Of a DNA stretch of 64,000 nt, positions 13,970-25,396 are shown piece by piece. Position 1 is the first letter of the stretch. Every line of letters begins with the position of its first letter. The translations under genes were made by a program, and so were the position numbers. Under the pieces are notes generated by a model. The model saw nothing but the letters and a program-made list of their open reading frames with translations, did no database searches and was not told where the DNA came from. Source of the stretch: Octopus sinensis. Lineage: Eukaryota. The DNA lies in the NCBI RefSeq assembly GCF_006345805.1, contig NC_042997.1, positions 29,264,001-29,328,000 on the forward strand, in the 5' to 3' direction.

Positions 13970-14685
13970 CCGTTATAAATGTAATTTGATGGACTAGATG
14001 CAAACACGATACCGAAATATCGCGTGCATGGAGTTCAGCCTATTACATTAGAATATATCTTTCAAATGCCTCTACTTTGGCGCGTTGGAACCCGGGAAAA
14101 CTAGCCTGCAGCTAATAATTAGCAGCAGTTAATTTATCGGTTAGAGAACATATTTATTTATATAAAATTAATTAAGGGTAGAAATTGATATTTATCAATT
14201 AAGAAAAAAGAATCCGAAGATTAAAATATTTATATATACCAATTAAGGACTGAACACGAAAAGTGGACAGTCAACATGCTAGATATAGACGTCTTGTTTT
14301 GAGTTTGATCTGAGACATAATCTTTTGTGTGAATGGCGATTTGACGTCTATATCTAGCATGTTGACTGTCCACTTTTCGTGTTCAGTCCTTAATTGGTAT
14401 ATATAAATATTTTAATCTTCGGATTCTTTTTTAATATGCTAGACCACTGGTCTTAATTGATAAATATCAATTTCTACCCTTAATTAATTTTATATAAATA
14501 AATATGTTCTCTAACCGATAAATTAACTGCTGCTAATTATTAGCTGCAGGCTAGTTTTCCCGGGTTCCAACGCGCCAAAGTAGAGGCATTTGAAAGATAT
14601 ATTCTAATGTAATAGGCTGAACTCCATGCACGCGATATTTCGGTATCGTGTTTGCATCTAGTCCATCAAATTACATTTATAACGG

Positions 14686-14752
14686 ACCATGCTGATGATG
14701 GCTGCAGTTTTCCTTGCGGAAAATAACAGCTGAAACTAATTTAGTACATGGG
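14686..14752 (+). ncRNA. Type I hammerhead ribozyme (inverted arm, first copy)
   Basis: accatg CTGATGA tggctgcagttttccttgcggaaaataacagct GAAAC taattta GTA catgg, read directly on the + strand. Confidence 0.9.
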
Positions 14753-15189
14753 TAATTATTTTATTTCGTATATTTTTCACTTGTTTTTGCTATGGTTTTG
14801 TGTTGAGTTTGATCTGAGAACATAATCTTTTGTGGTGAATGGCGATTTGACGTCTATATCTAGCATGTTGACTGTCCACTTTTCGTGTTCAGTCCTTAAT
14901 TGGTATATATAAATATTTTAATCTTCGGATTCTTTTTTAATATGCTAGACCACTGGTCTTAATTGATAATATCAATTTCTACCCTTAATTAATTTTATAT
15001 AAATAAATATGTTCTCTAACCGATAAATTAACTGCTGCTAATTATTAGCTGCAGGCTAGTTTTCCCGGGTTCCAACGCGCCAAAGTAGAGGCATTTGAAA
15101 GATATATTCTAATGTAATAGGCTGAACTCCATGCACGCGATATTTCGGTATCGTGTTTGCATCTAGTCCATCAATTACATTTATAACGG

Positions 15190-15255
15190 ACCATGCTGAT
15201 GATGGCAGCAGTTTTCCTTGCGGAAAATAACAGCTGAACTAATTTAGTACATGGG
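15190..15255 (+). ncRNA. Type I hammerhead ribozyme (inverted arm, second copy; GAAAC reads GAAC)
   Basis: Same motif with the GGCAG variant and one A missing from GAAA, possibly a sequencing indel. Confidence 0.7.
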
Positions 15256-15405
15256 TAATTATTTTATTTCGTATATTTTTCACTTGTTTATTGCTATGGT
15301 TTTGTGTTGAGTTTGATCTGAGAACATAATCTTTTGTGGTGAATGGCGATTTGACGTCTATATCTAGCATGTTGACTGTCCACTTTTCGTGTTCAGTCCT
15401 TAATT

Positions 15406-15449
<44 letters not shown>

Positions 15450-15599
15450 ATATATCTTAGAAGAAATGAGGTAATCAGAAGATCGGATGGTTTATATTTA
15501 CATATATTTAGTTATATATTACATTTTTTACATATATATCATATCACTTAGGTCATTAGTACTTTCTCTCATTAAGTCAGGTGTAGGTACGAGATATTT

Positions 15600-16282
15600 G
15601 AGCAAATAATGAGAGTTTGGGTAATAGAGTAATAGAAGGACTACTAATTTACTTGGATGTGAAAGAATACCAAATGGTAAATCAGCCTACAAGCCCTACC
15701 ATTGAAATAATAATGGAATAAGCAACAACAGGAAATTGGATGCTGAAACAGGAACGAAGCTTAGATTAGATAATAAAGATAGTGATGAAAAAGTGCTGGT
15801 TACTCCTCCCTACATAGATATGAAAACTACTGGAAATAGGAACTTACCTAATAATCTAGTCACGATTTTGGGGAGCAATGATAGAACATGTAGATCCCGC
15901 CCTTACGTACGACATAAGTTTGAAAGTAAAGACTTCGTCTGGTTCAACGTCCCTTACAGTTGTGCCATATCCACAAACATATATATGAAATTTATGACTA
16001 TTTTACAAAAAACACTTTCCTACTTCCCATATATATAACACAATCTTTTCGCGTAAGAGTGTTAGAACCTCGTATTCTACTCTTTCCAATATGGCTACCG
16101 TTATAGCTATATTAAATAAGAATATTAAATTAGCAAGAGATGATAATAATAATGATAATATTATTATTATTAGTAGTAGTAGTAGTAGTAGTAGTAGTAG
16201 CAGCAGCAGTAGCAGTTGTAGTAGTAGCAGCAGCAGCAGTATTAGTAGTAGTAGTAGTAGTAGTAGTAGCAGCAGCAGCAGC

Positions 16283-16316
<34 letters not shown>

Positions 16317-17620
16317 TCAACTATAAAGTAAACACCCAAAATGAGAATAGTAAATTAATGAAGAAGCGGAAAATAGAATTGGCGGTGTTAATACTTCAAA
16401 TATATATTGTAACTCTGGTGCCTATACTAGCATAGAATTTAATGATATGCCTGTTGACGTTGTAGCAGATTTAAATGATACTACAGTTGGCCGGGGGTAT
16501 AGATAATAGCTGACATGAACAAGACACACTTGATACGAGTAGTAGAACTAATAATAATAGTGTTAACATTAATAATAATAACAATATGAATATCAATAAT
16601 ACTAATATTAATAGTAGTAATTCTCCTAGTTGCAATTGTAGCATGTTCTATAGCCCCAATCTTCCTCTAGTAAATACAGGGTGTCAGTATGTTTAGATAC
16701 CACATAATAACTAATAAATAAACAGTTTTAGTTTTAATGATCGTATTATTAAACAAATTCTATATAATTCTATATAAATAAATTCTATATAATCTTCTCA
16801 TGGCTTTTAGTGTTTAAAATATTTCTTCCTTTTTATAGTCGTCTACCCTATTGATCATGTCATTATTTTTATAATAGCCTTTACGTAAGTAAACCTAAAG
16901 TTTGGACCCCAAGAAATTTATATTAGCTTATCTATAACAGCACCAAAAACTCCACAACTTATAATATACCCCTTTGATTATATTTATTATATAGTTAGCA
17001 TGTTCTATCGCCCCAGTATTCCTTTATTAAATTTCCATTTAATGCAAGGGATCAATCTTCATAGATACCACCTAATAAGTAAATATTTAAGTTTATTAAA
17101 CTAATTCTATGTAATTTTTTTCTTTGTCTGTTGTTGTAAAGTTTTGTATATACCCAAAATTATTCAAACATGTAATATTTTGGTTATAATATATTCTTAA
17201 TATTTTTTCTTGATATCCCTAAATTTTATCTTTATACAATATAACAATATTGTTTAAATCATTCGACTATAGTACCCCATGATAAAAAAAAAATTCCCCT
17301 GTATTATCGTCATTGGTTTTATTAGAGTATTGCCCATTTAAATGGTAATTAACATCTTGATTTAAGATCTTCCTTTACCAAACTATATTATATCCAGTTA
17401 CTTTATACTACTTCAAAATAATCTTGACACGTTTTATGACTATACCCACTATCATTATTTCATCTCACACAAGCCCTTTCCAACAGACACTGCTCTAGTG
17501 TCTTCGATTTTGATAGACAAAGATTTGATAAACTAGGACTATAAAGCAAAACCGATCTAAAAATCAGTGACAAGCTAGAACCCTAACAAGTTTCTTTTTT
17601 TTCCCGGTGTCTTACTAGCT
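15600..17620 (+). mobile_element. Degraded PLE remnant (Nematis-like RT thumb, (AGT/AAT)n linker, decayed GIY-YIG)
   Basis: AYKPY; VWFNVPYSCAISTNIYMKF; SRKSVRTSYSTLSNMATVIAILN; SCNC; PTDTALVSSILIDKD; many stops. Confidence 0.6.
16130..16320. repeat. (AAT)/(AGT)/(AGC) trinucleotide microsatellite
   Basis: Direct reading. Confidence 0.95.
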
Positions 17621-17974
17621 TCTAAGCTGAAGTGAAAACGGCCTGGACTTTGTTTCCTTACCCTCTTAGAGAATTTTAAAAAAAATATGCAAATGCATCT
17701 GACTCTTTAAATTAATACTATTTATTTCTTTATGCAGCTGAGAATAGCTCTGCATTTAAAATGATGTAATTAAATGGAGCCGCTTGAAACGGTGGTACTG
17801 CACCACCTCTGGATAACCTGTTGCTTATTTTGATTATACACCCAAACAAAATTTGACCATTATTCAGTAAAAACACACACATATACACACCAGTATCAGT
17901 TGTCAAACGATATTGGGGGAACAAACATAGGTACACAATATATACGCACACATGCCTATATATATACATATATA

Positions 17975-18077
17975 CGACGGGCTTCTTTTTGTTTCCGTCA
18001 ACCAAATCCACTGACAACGTTTTGGTCGGCCCCAGGCTATAGTAGAAGACACTTGCCCAAGGTAAGACTGAACCTGA

Positions 18078-18134
<57 letters not shown>

Positions 18135-18292
18135 CAACGCTGCATCATATATATATATATAATATATATATATATATATGTTGGGTTCAGTCCCACTGCA
18201 TGACACCTTGGGCAAGTGACTTCTACTATAGCCTCGGGCCGACCAAAGCGTTGTCAGTGGATTTGGTTGACGGAAACAAAAAGAAGCCCGTC

Positions 18293-18293
<1 letters not shown>
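17975..18293. mobile_element. Head-to-head pair of SINE fragments (17975-18062 minus; 18185-18293 plus) separated by (TA)n
   Basis: ccttgggcaagtg.cttctactatagcc..ggccgaccaa..gtggatttgg..gacggaaac..aagaagcccgtcg is present on both strands. Confidence 0.8.
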
Positions 18294-18335
<42 letters not shown>

Positions 18336-18639
18336 ATATTATATATATTTATTCAACGCTTCACCGTGTATATATATATATATATTTTATTCAACGATGC
18401 ATCATATATATATATACGATGCAGCGTTGAATAAAATATATTCGCCTGAAGACATATTTAACATATTCGGGTGCGAACGTGCGAAGATCTTTTGCGGCGG
18501 AAATAGTTTCGGGAGAAAATTCTCCTAGACTACATGCATGAAAATACATTAGGCTGTGAATGTTATTATTGGAATGGGGTTGGTAAGCAAGCTACTTACC
18601 ACATAGCCACAAGGTTACCATTAGTTTCATATAAGGAAA

Positions 18640-21100
18640 TGTATCAAAATAGCCTTACAATTTTTCAAACGTTATCCATTTTGGATAACATTCGCGGTGA
18701 TTCCTGTAAAACAAACAATAAATCATCGAGCGCTCTTCTTGGATGACATCTTTGGAGTGGCTATCTCCAGTGAATTTAACATTTGGATAAACAGTGATAT
18801 TTTTTTGCATTATCTTATATTATATTCTGGGTGTGCGTGATGTTCGTATGCTTGTGTGCTGGTGGAATATTTCTGCTATGTATGGAGTTCGTGTATTTTG
18901 TATATTCAAATTTCCTGTTCAAGAAAGAGGTTATTCTAGTGGGAATGGCAGCGCAGGGAGTGGTACCTCCTTGAAGTGTTTAAGTATGAAATATTGCTTA
19001 TCTGTTCAGAGAGAGATTATATAATCCCTAATATTTAGGATGTTATTCGTCGAGTGTATGATATTTAGTTTTTCAGTTCACATTTGGTAACCCGTCTTCT
19101 GTATTTTCTGTCTCTAGCAATGATGTTCCATGTTATCTTGGGTTACAAATTCCACCTACTTTCAATATCCATATCATATTGGATAGGGATGATGCGTGAT
19201 TTTTATTTTTGTCTCTGAATGACCGAAGGTGTTGTGTATATGTTTCCAATTACGTTTTTGGACTCGGCAAGCGGGGAAGTCCATGTAATCAGCACGAATT
19301 TTTTTTGATGAGGGCACCGGATAAGTATATAATTTTTGGAACGTTAACATTTTCCGATTCAAGGGAATTTTCGATATTCTTTCCCTCTCGTTCAAATAAA
19401 TCTTACATCGTTCTCCCCGTTGAGGTACGGTCCCTGTTATTCTAGGACATTCTAATTCCTTACATATGGTATACACTTTGATTTTAAATGCCATACGTTA
19501 GTGACCAAGGAAGTGATGATGGACATCTCCGGTATCATAAAAGAGGATGCGTGATCTTTAAGACGTTGATTTTATGAACCTCTGTAGATTGAACGTACTT
19601 CCCCTTGTGTACCCTTCTGATGGTGATGTAGCAGCTATTGTTGTTGCTGCCGGACGCTTTACTTGTGCAGCTATTGTTGTTGCTCTTGCTGCTTGTTTGT
19701 TTGTTTGTTGAGCGAAGCGGTCTTCGTCCCAGAGCTCGCAAGGGCGCGCCCCATCATTGTCTGTAGTAGAAGTCCGATACGTGATCCTTTGCTATTCGTA
19801 AGACCGGCAGAAGAGAAAGCAGGTCAACCCCGACACCGAGAGTACCGACGGATAGATGAATGCGCACCCAGGCTCAGCAGTTGCGTACGAAGTCGGGGAC
19901 AAGAAACAGGAAGAAAGAGTGAGAGAAAGTTGGAGCGAAAGAGTACAACAGGGCGCGCCACTACCCCTACCGGAGCCTCATGGAGTTTTAGGTGTTTTCG
20001 CTCAATAAACACACACAACGCCCGGTCAGGGAATCGAAACCGTGATCCACCGACCGCGAGCACGCTGCCCTAACCACTGGGCCATTGCGCCTCCACTGCT
20101 CTTGCTGCCGCTATCGCTGCTATTTTTACTATTATTACAGGACACGATGGCGGTGCAGCTGCTGTTGCTGGTTTTGCCGCCATCATTGCCGCTCTTGCTG
20201 CAATCAACGGACACATTGTTGATTCTATTATTGCTGCTGTATATGTCGCTATCACTGCGGTTGGTGGTGTAACATCCTGACGCGCTCCCTCTTTTGCTCC
20301 CGACGCTATACTACAAGTGTTGTCACTGTTGCTATTACCGGTGGATATGTTGCTCGTGCCGTTGCCGTTGCTGATGCTGATGCTGCCGCTTCTGCTGGAC
20401 GATACCTCAGCTTCATAGACCATGGCTTCGGAATGTTATCGACTGCCCGCCTACTGTGCTTACGGATACTTTTAACGATGTGTACACAGCTGAAAGATAA
20501 ATTTAACATCTGTTAATCACCTGTCTGTAGGTATGTCCTGTGTGAAGGGTTTGTCAAAAAATCTAAGGTATATTCTTCCCATGCAGGTCTTAAAATTGAG
20601 TGAGGTGGGTGAAGCAAATCAAAAGACTTTGCAATGACAGTTTTCTGGGGTTTTAATCAAGCGGCATACAGGAGATGCGGTCCTTAAACACACTGGAGTC
20701 GAAAATCTCATGATTATAGGACGCAGCGGCGTCGAAAATACCTTTACTCGAGAACAGGTTCTACATCCTCATGCTACCACCCATTGCTTGTTTCTTGAGC
20801 ACAATACGTGGGTGGCAAAGGACTGTGTTAATGTACGATTGATTTTCGTTTGTTTTGCGCTACGATCAGTATGAATATGTACGCAAGTCTACCCTCATGT
20901 CTAAAAAGTTAACATAGTTGAGTTAGATTCGCCTTTAAGAATTCATGGAGAAATGAAAGAGAGTAACACTCAGCGAATTTTGTAGGAATTACAGGAAATA
21001 TTTAATAACAGTTTCACTCCGCTCCAAACATCAAAGACACAACGCTGTCTTGTGGAAGAATGACATAATAACAGTGAAGATGTTCCGCTAAAGAACCAGA
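18640..21100 (-). mobile_element. Degraded PLE remnant with RT C-terminus, low-complexity linker (interrupted by a SINE) and two tandem GIY-YIG domains
   Basis: RT: YVNFLDMRVDL..RKTNENQSYIN..CHP, HPPHS.NFKTCMGRIYL, LNLSFSCVHIVKSI. EN-A: KYVQSTE..QRLKDHASSF..TSLVTNVWHLK..CKIYLNE. EN-B: LYTY..DYMD..H.RSFR..SSLSNMIWILK..ITWNIIA..TKC. Confidence 0.65.
19900..20096 (-). mobile_element. tRNA-derived SINE
   Basis: Minus strand: gtggaggcgcaatggcccagtggttagggcag (A box)..ggtttcgattccctg (B box); same family as 21432-21697. Confidence 0.85.
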
Positions 21101-21431
21101 TTTTGTGTTGAAAGCAGTTTACGCAGTAGTGCAACATCTAGGATGTACCTTATATTTGTCTCATATCTTAACTGATAGTAAAATGTCTGAGGAGATAGAC
21201 CCACTCTAAAATCCTACCAAAGTTTCTTGGAGACAGTATAATGCATATGTGCGTCCCATTGCGTCTTTGTACATGAGCGTGAATGTACATGCAGTATATG
21301 TATTTTGCTTACAACAACGTGCGATCGTTTGAAACAATATTTATTGTTAGAACAATCGAGGACTCAATGCAAGTAGGAAATTTATTCTTAGGCTAGCATA
21401 TATTTCTATTTCATTTATTTCCGCCCTTTTC

Positions 21432-21697
21432 AAGCCTAGCCAGGCTCATGGGACCGGTTTCCCGGTTTCTGTGGCGTATGTGTTCCCCATCAGCTGGACG
21501 GGACGCCAGTCCATCGCAGCGTTACTCAAGAAACAGGAAGAGAGAGTGAGAGAAAGTTGGGGCGAAAGAGTACAACAGGGGTCGCCACCACCCCCTGCCG
21601 AAGCCTCGTGAAGCTTTTCGGTGTTTTCGCTCAATAAACACACACAACGCCCGGTCTGAGAATCGAAACCGCGATTCTCCGTCCATTGCACCTCCAC
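21432..21697 (-). mobile_element. tRNA-derived SINE (head partly deleted)
   Basis: B box ggtttcgattctc; body shared with 19900-20096; tail taacgctgcgatggactggcgtcccgtccagc..atgagcctggctaggc. Confidence 0.8.
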
Positions 21698-21717
21698 TAA
21701 AAATAATACGTCCTTTT

Positions 21718-21953
21718 AAAGCCTAGCCAGGCTCATGGGCCCGGTTTTCCAGTTTCTATAGCGTATGTGCTCCCCAGCTGGACGGGACGCCAGTCCATCG
21801 CAGCGTTACTTGTTTTGCCAGCTGAGTGGACTGGAGCAACGTTAAATGAAGCGTTTTGCCCAAGAACACAACGCGTCGCCCGGTCCAGGAATCGAAACCA
21901 CAATCTTACGATCATATTGCTGACACCCTAACCACAAAGCCACGCGCCTCCAC
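21718..21953 (-). mobile_element. tRNA-derived SINE with a different body and the same 3' tail as 21432-21697
   Basis: gtggaggcgcgtggctttgtggttaggg..ggtttcgattcctgg..gttgctccagtccactcagctg, followed by the shared tail. Confidence 0.85.
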
Positions 21954-22078
21954 CATATCTTTCTATATAGAAATTTAATGTCTCTGTTATATTGTTACAA
22001 TTACAGTTAAAGTATTATTATTATAAGTTGTTTCGACCTGGCGTCTCGAATCTAGATTGGTATTCTAGATTGCCAAAG

Positions 22079-22346
22079 TTACCCATAGCTACATATTCAA
22101 AAATCTAGTGTTCTCTGAAAATTATGCCGGTTCGTTAGTTGACAATAAGTATAAAAGTTATAAAGTATTAACTCTAAAATTGTAATATAGCGTACGGCTT
22201 TATATGTATATGTTTGAATGTAGTGCTGAAGCCGTACGCAACATTACAATTTTAGAGTTAATACCTTATAACTTTTAGACTTATTGCCAACTAACGAACC
22301 GGCATAATTCTCAACTCTAGATTTTTGAATATGTAGCTATGGGTAA
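22079..22346. repeat. Long inverted repeat (arms 22079-22200 and 22229-22346, 28-bp spacer)
   Basis: ttacccatagctacatattcaaaaatctag..gcgtacggctt versus aagccgtacgc..ctagatttttgaatatgtagctatgggtaa; roughly 90% identical by eye. Confidence 0.9.
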
Positions 22347-22497
22347 TATATATAAATATATGTATATATACATATATGTATACATGTATATATATATCAA
22401 TATGTATATGTATATATCTATATATACATGTATATATGAATGTATGCATGTATATATAAGTGTGTATGTGTCTGTATATATAAATAAATATATATAA

Positions 22498-22660
22498 ATG
22501 CCAAAGGATGAAACAGTCATCTAGATATCTCTTCCAGTTGTTTTCTATGTAGATGGAGAAAGGGCTGCCATATCTTTCTAGAACCTTACGATACAGACTG
22601 ATCTCTAGGTATCCTATGACTAGGTTGGCAAAGGAGGGGGCCATTCGTGTACCCATCGCA
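22498..22660 (-). mobile_element. Isolated 163-bp fragment of the young Neptune-type PLE RT core
   Basis: Encodes MGTRMAPSFANLVIGYLEISLYRKVLERYGSPFSIYIENNWKRYLDDCFILWH; essentially identical to the copies at 25.5, 29.8 and 32.5 kb. Confidence 0.95.
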
Positions 22661-23153
22661 TAGTTATCGTGTGTGCATAGTTATGTATATGCGTATACCT
22701 GAATACATAAATATACGTGCGCATACATGCAGACATAAATAATTATGCATACAAAAGCAGCCGCACCCTCCCCCCTCACCGAAACACGCACTCATTTACA
22801 CGTGCCCAAAGACACGCACAGATATATTTACTTTTACGTAGTTAATGTTGCACATGCCTTTTGGTAAACCATGAGACTTTGTGTCTAAGAAAATTAGAGT
22901 AAAAGCCAAGAGTAGCATTCAATGTAGATTTTTATTTCTGTCTACTGACATATCTGTGTCTGTGTATATATACACACATGCATACATACATACATACATA
23001 CATATTTATGTGTATGCTAGTGCGTAATTACACAAGCATAAACTCAATCATAATGCCTATATGTGAGTGTATATATATATATATATATATACACTCATAT
23101 ATAGGCATACGCTCACATATAAGCATAAACTCAATCAGAATGACTATATGTGA

Positions 23154-23220
<67 letters not shown>

Positions 23221-23224
23221 TATA

Positions 23225-23229
23225 TATAT

Positions 23230-23319
<90 letters not shown>

Positions 23320-23320
23320 A
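23225..23320. repeat. (GATA)n microsatellite
   Basis: Direct reading. Confidence 0.95.
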
Positions 23321-23705
23321 AATATGTGAGTGTGTGGGTTGCTGGTTGTCAGCATGCCTACATTATATCTTCATGAAGATACGAACACAACAAAAGCACA
23401 TAAATAGAACCAAATCAGTGTCTTCATTATTTTCCCACAATGGATAGCGGTTTTCTTCATAATCAGCTTTTATTTTTGTATAGTGTAGGCAATGCGAATC
23501 AAAATATCTCCAAGCATTACGAAGTAACAAATATTGGAAATGCATTCCGTATATTCCAACTCACAGACATACGCACACACGCACATATATTTAGACACAC
23601 ACATTCACATATGTATGTATGCATGTATATATGATTGTATGGATGGATCTCTGTATGTATGTATGTGTATTATGAGTATATGTATGTCTACACCTACACG
23701 CTCTC

Positions 23706-23776
<71 letters not shown>

Positions 23777-24199
23777 GTATGTATGTATGTATGTATGAAT
23801 ATATGTAAAATAATATGTACATATTTGATCAGAAAAAGATTTCAAGTTTCCAAAATATATTTATATTATCATTTATAGATTTTTATTATTTTCATTCCGT
23901 TTATTTTCTATTATTTTTACTCAACGCATGGCAATGTTAAGAAAATTAATGAAATTTATTTTCTTTGCTGTTCCCCAAGGATCAGGTTTCATAGTAGTAA
24001 AGTTATTACACCAAAACTCTATAAGTTTTGCATCACAAAGTTCTATTTATGAAATTTATGTTTCAAATAATGAAGGAAATCATATATAAGGTGCAGTGAC
24101 TATATTCCCTTCTATATTACACAAAAATGAAAATAATACTAATATCTCATTTTAACATATATATTTACCAAAATTACATTAAAAAATCTTCAAAATACT

Positions 24200-24790
24200 A
24201 CAGAGTAAATTTAATCCAAAAATTGCCATTGGCTTCAACCACGGTGTTCAAGACGACTTCGGAATCTCCTGCAACTATTCTGGATGGTCTCCTTGTTTCA
24301 GTTGGTGAATGCTGCTCAAATACTTGCTTTCAGTTCATCTTTGGTGTTACAAGGAGTTTTGTTGGTCTCACGATCAACTGCGTCCTACACATAAAAACCA
24401 TGGGGCTTGCAGACTGAGGAGGTAGGTGACCAGATGTTAGGTGTGATGTAGGTTCAGAAATTATCAGACAGTCATCACTTGGGTTTTTCTGATTGTGTGG
24501 CATGCGGCAGAATCCTACTGCCAGCAGTCATCCTCTTGACCCAAAGCAGCACTACCTCTTCCATGCACTCGATGTAAGCCTCCGTGTTGAGTCTGGGGTA
24601 GCGTGGGAATCTGAATGGAGGCATAGCATCCCATTCACTAGTGATCACTCCAAACACCATAATGTTGACTGTATGTTTGATTTTTATCACTCCCGGAACA
24701 TGCACTGTCCTCAAATTGAGACCCAAATACTGTGAAGTTTTCGTATTCCGATTCGAATGCCAAGCAGTACAGCGTGTAGTTTCCAAAATT
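24200..24790 (-). mobile_element. Tc1/mariner transposase C-terminal remnant
   Basis: IMVFGVITSE..MPPF.F..RLNTEAYIECMEEVVL.W; ITPNIWSP.S..; DRETNKTPCNTKDELKA..CRRFRSRLE; stops and frameshifts. Confidence 0.75.
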
Positions 24791-25286
24791 CTAACAGAGT
24801 GAATTGCCTAATTCTGCTTTATTTCTCATAGAAGGTGCCCAACTGACCGTGCTACACAGTCTGGACGACCTAATGTAAAATAAAAAGAAATGCGCATGCA
24901 CGAAATTAAAAATATAAAACGGCGACTATATACCCATTGCACTAAGTTGAGTATTACTCCAAAAATTATGTTTTAGCAGCAAATTTACACTTCCTCAATT
25001 TTAAATATACTGTAAGACCGAATTTTTCCCAATAATAATAATATATATGACGTGAGATGTTTGCCTTGCGTAAACGTTTGTTGTCCTCTTTAACAATTAT
25101 ATATCCGCTATATCGGAAAACTGCAATCGCTCCATAACTACCGTCTCGGTTATAAACTTGGAGCATTAGTGATCTGTTCCAGAACTTACCTAACGTACCT
25201 AGTCGTTTAGATTACCTGTGAGCTAACCGCCATATTAAATATATATATTTATATATATATATTGTAACCTCTGTTTAAACTTATAT

Positions 25287-25320
<34 letters not shown>

Positions 25321-25396
25321 ATATATATATATATATATACAATTCTGGCTAGAGAATCACGCCAACGAACTACCACACTGCATCAAAAAAGAATTT

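Larger units (their letters stand above)
11643..15410. mobile_element. ~505-bp hammerhead-containing tandem array (non-LTR retrozyme / solo pseudo-LTR multimer) with a head-to-head inversion
   Basis: Near-identical units start at ~11643, 12149, 12648, 13151 and 13657, plus a partial unit at 14162; inverted units occupy 14294-15410. No coding frame. One hammerhead per unit; (TA)n at both ends. Confidence 0.85.

Noticed and set aside
11643-14293. CRISPR-like or simple satellite interpretation of the tandem array
   Set aside because: There are no unique spacers, the context is eukaryotic, and the units are full-length repeats carrying a ribozyme.
20400-20490. Apparent minus-strand exon with good AG/GT sites (CVHIVKSIRKHSRR...)
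   Set aside because: The peptide matches the PLE thumb motif (LSFSC..VKSI..H), so it is part of the 18.6-21.1 kb PLE remnant.
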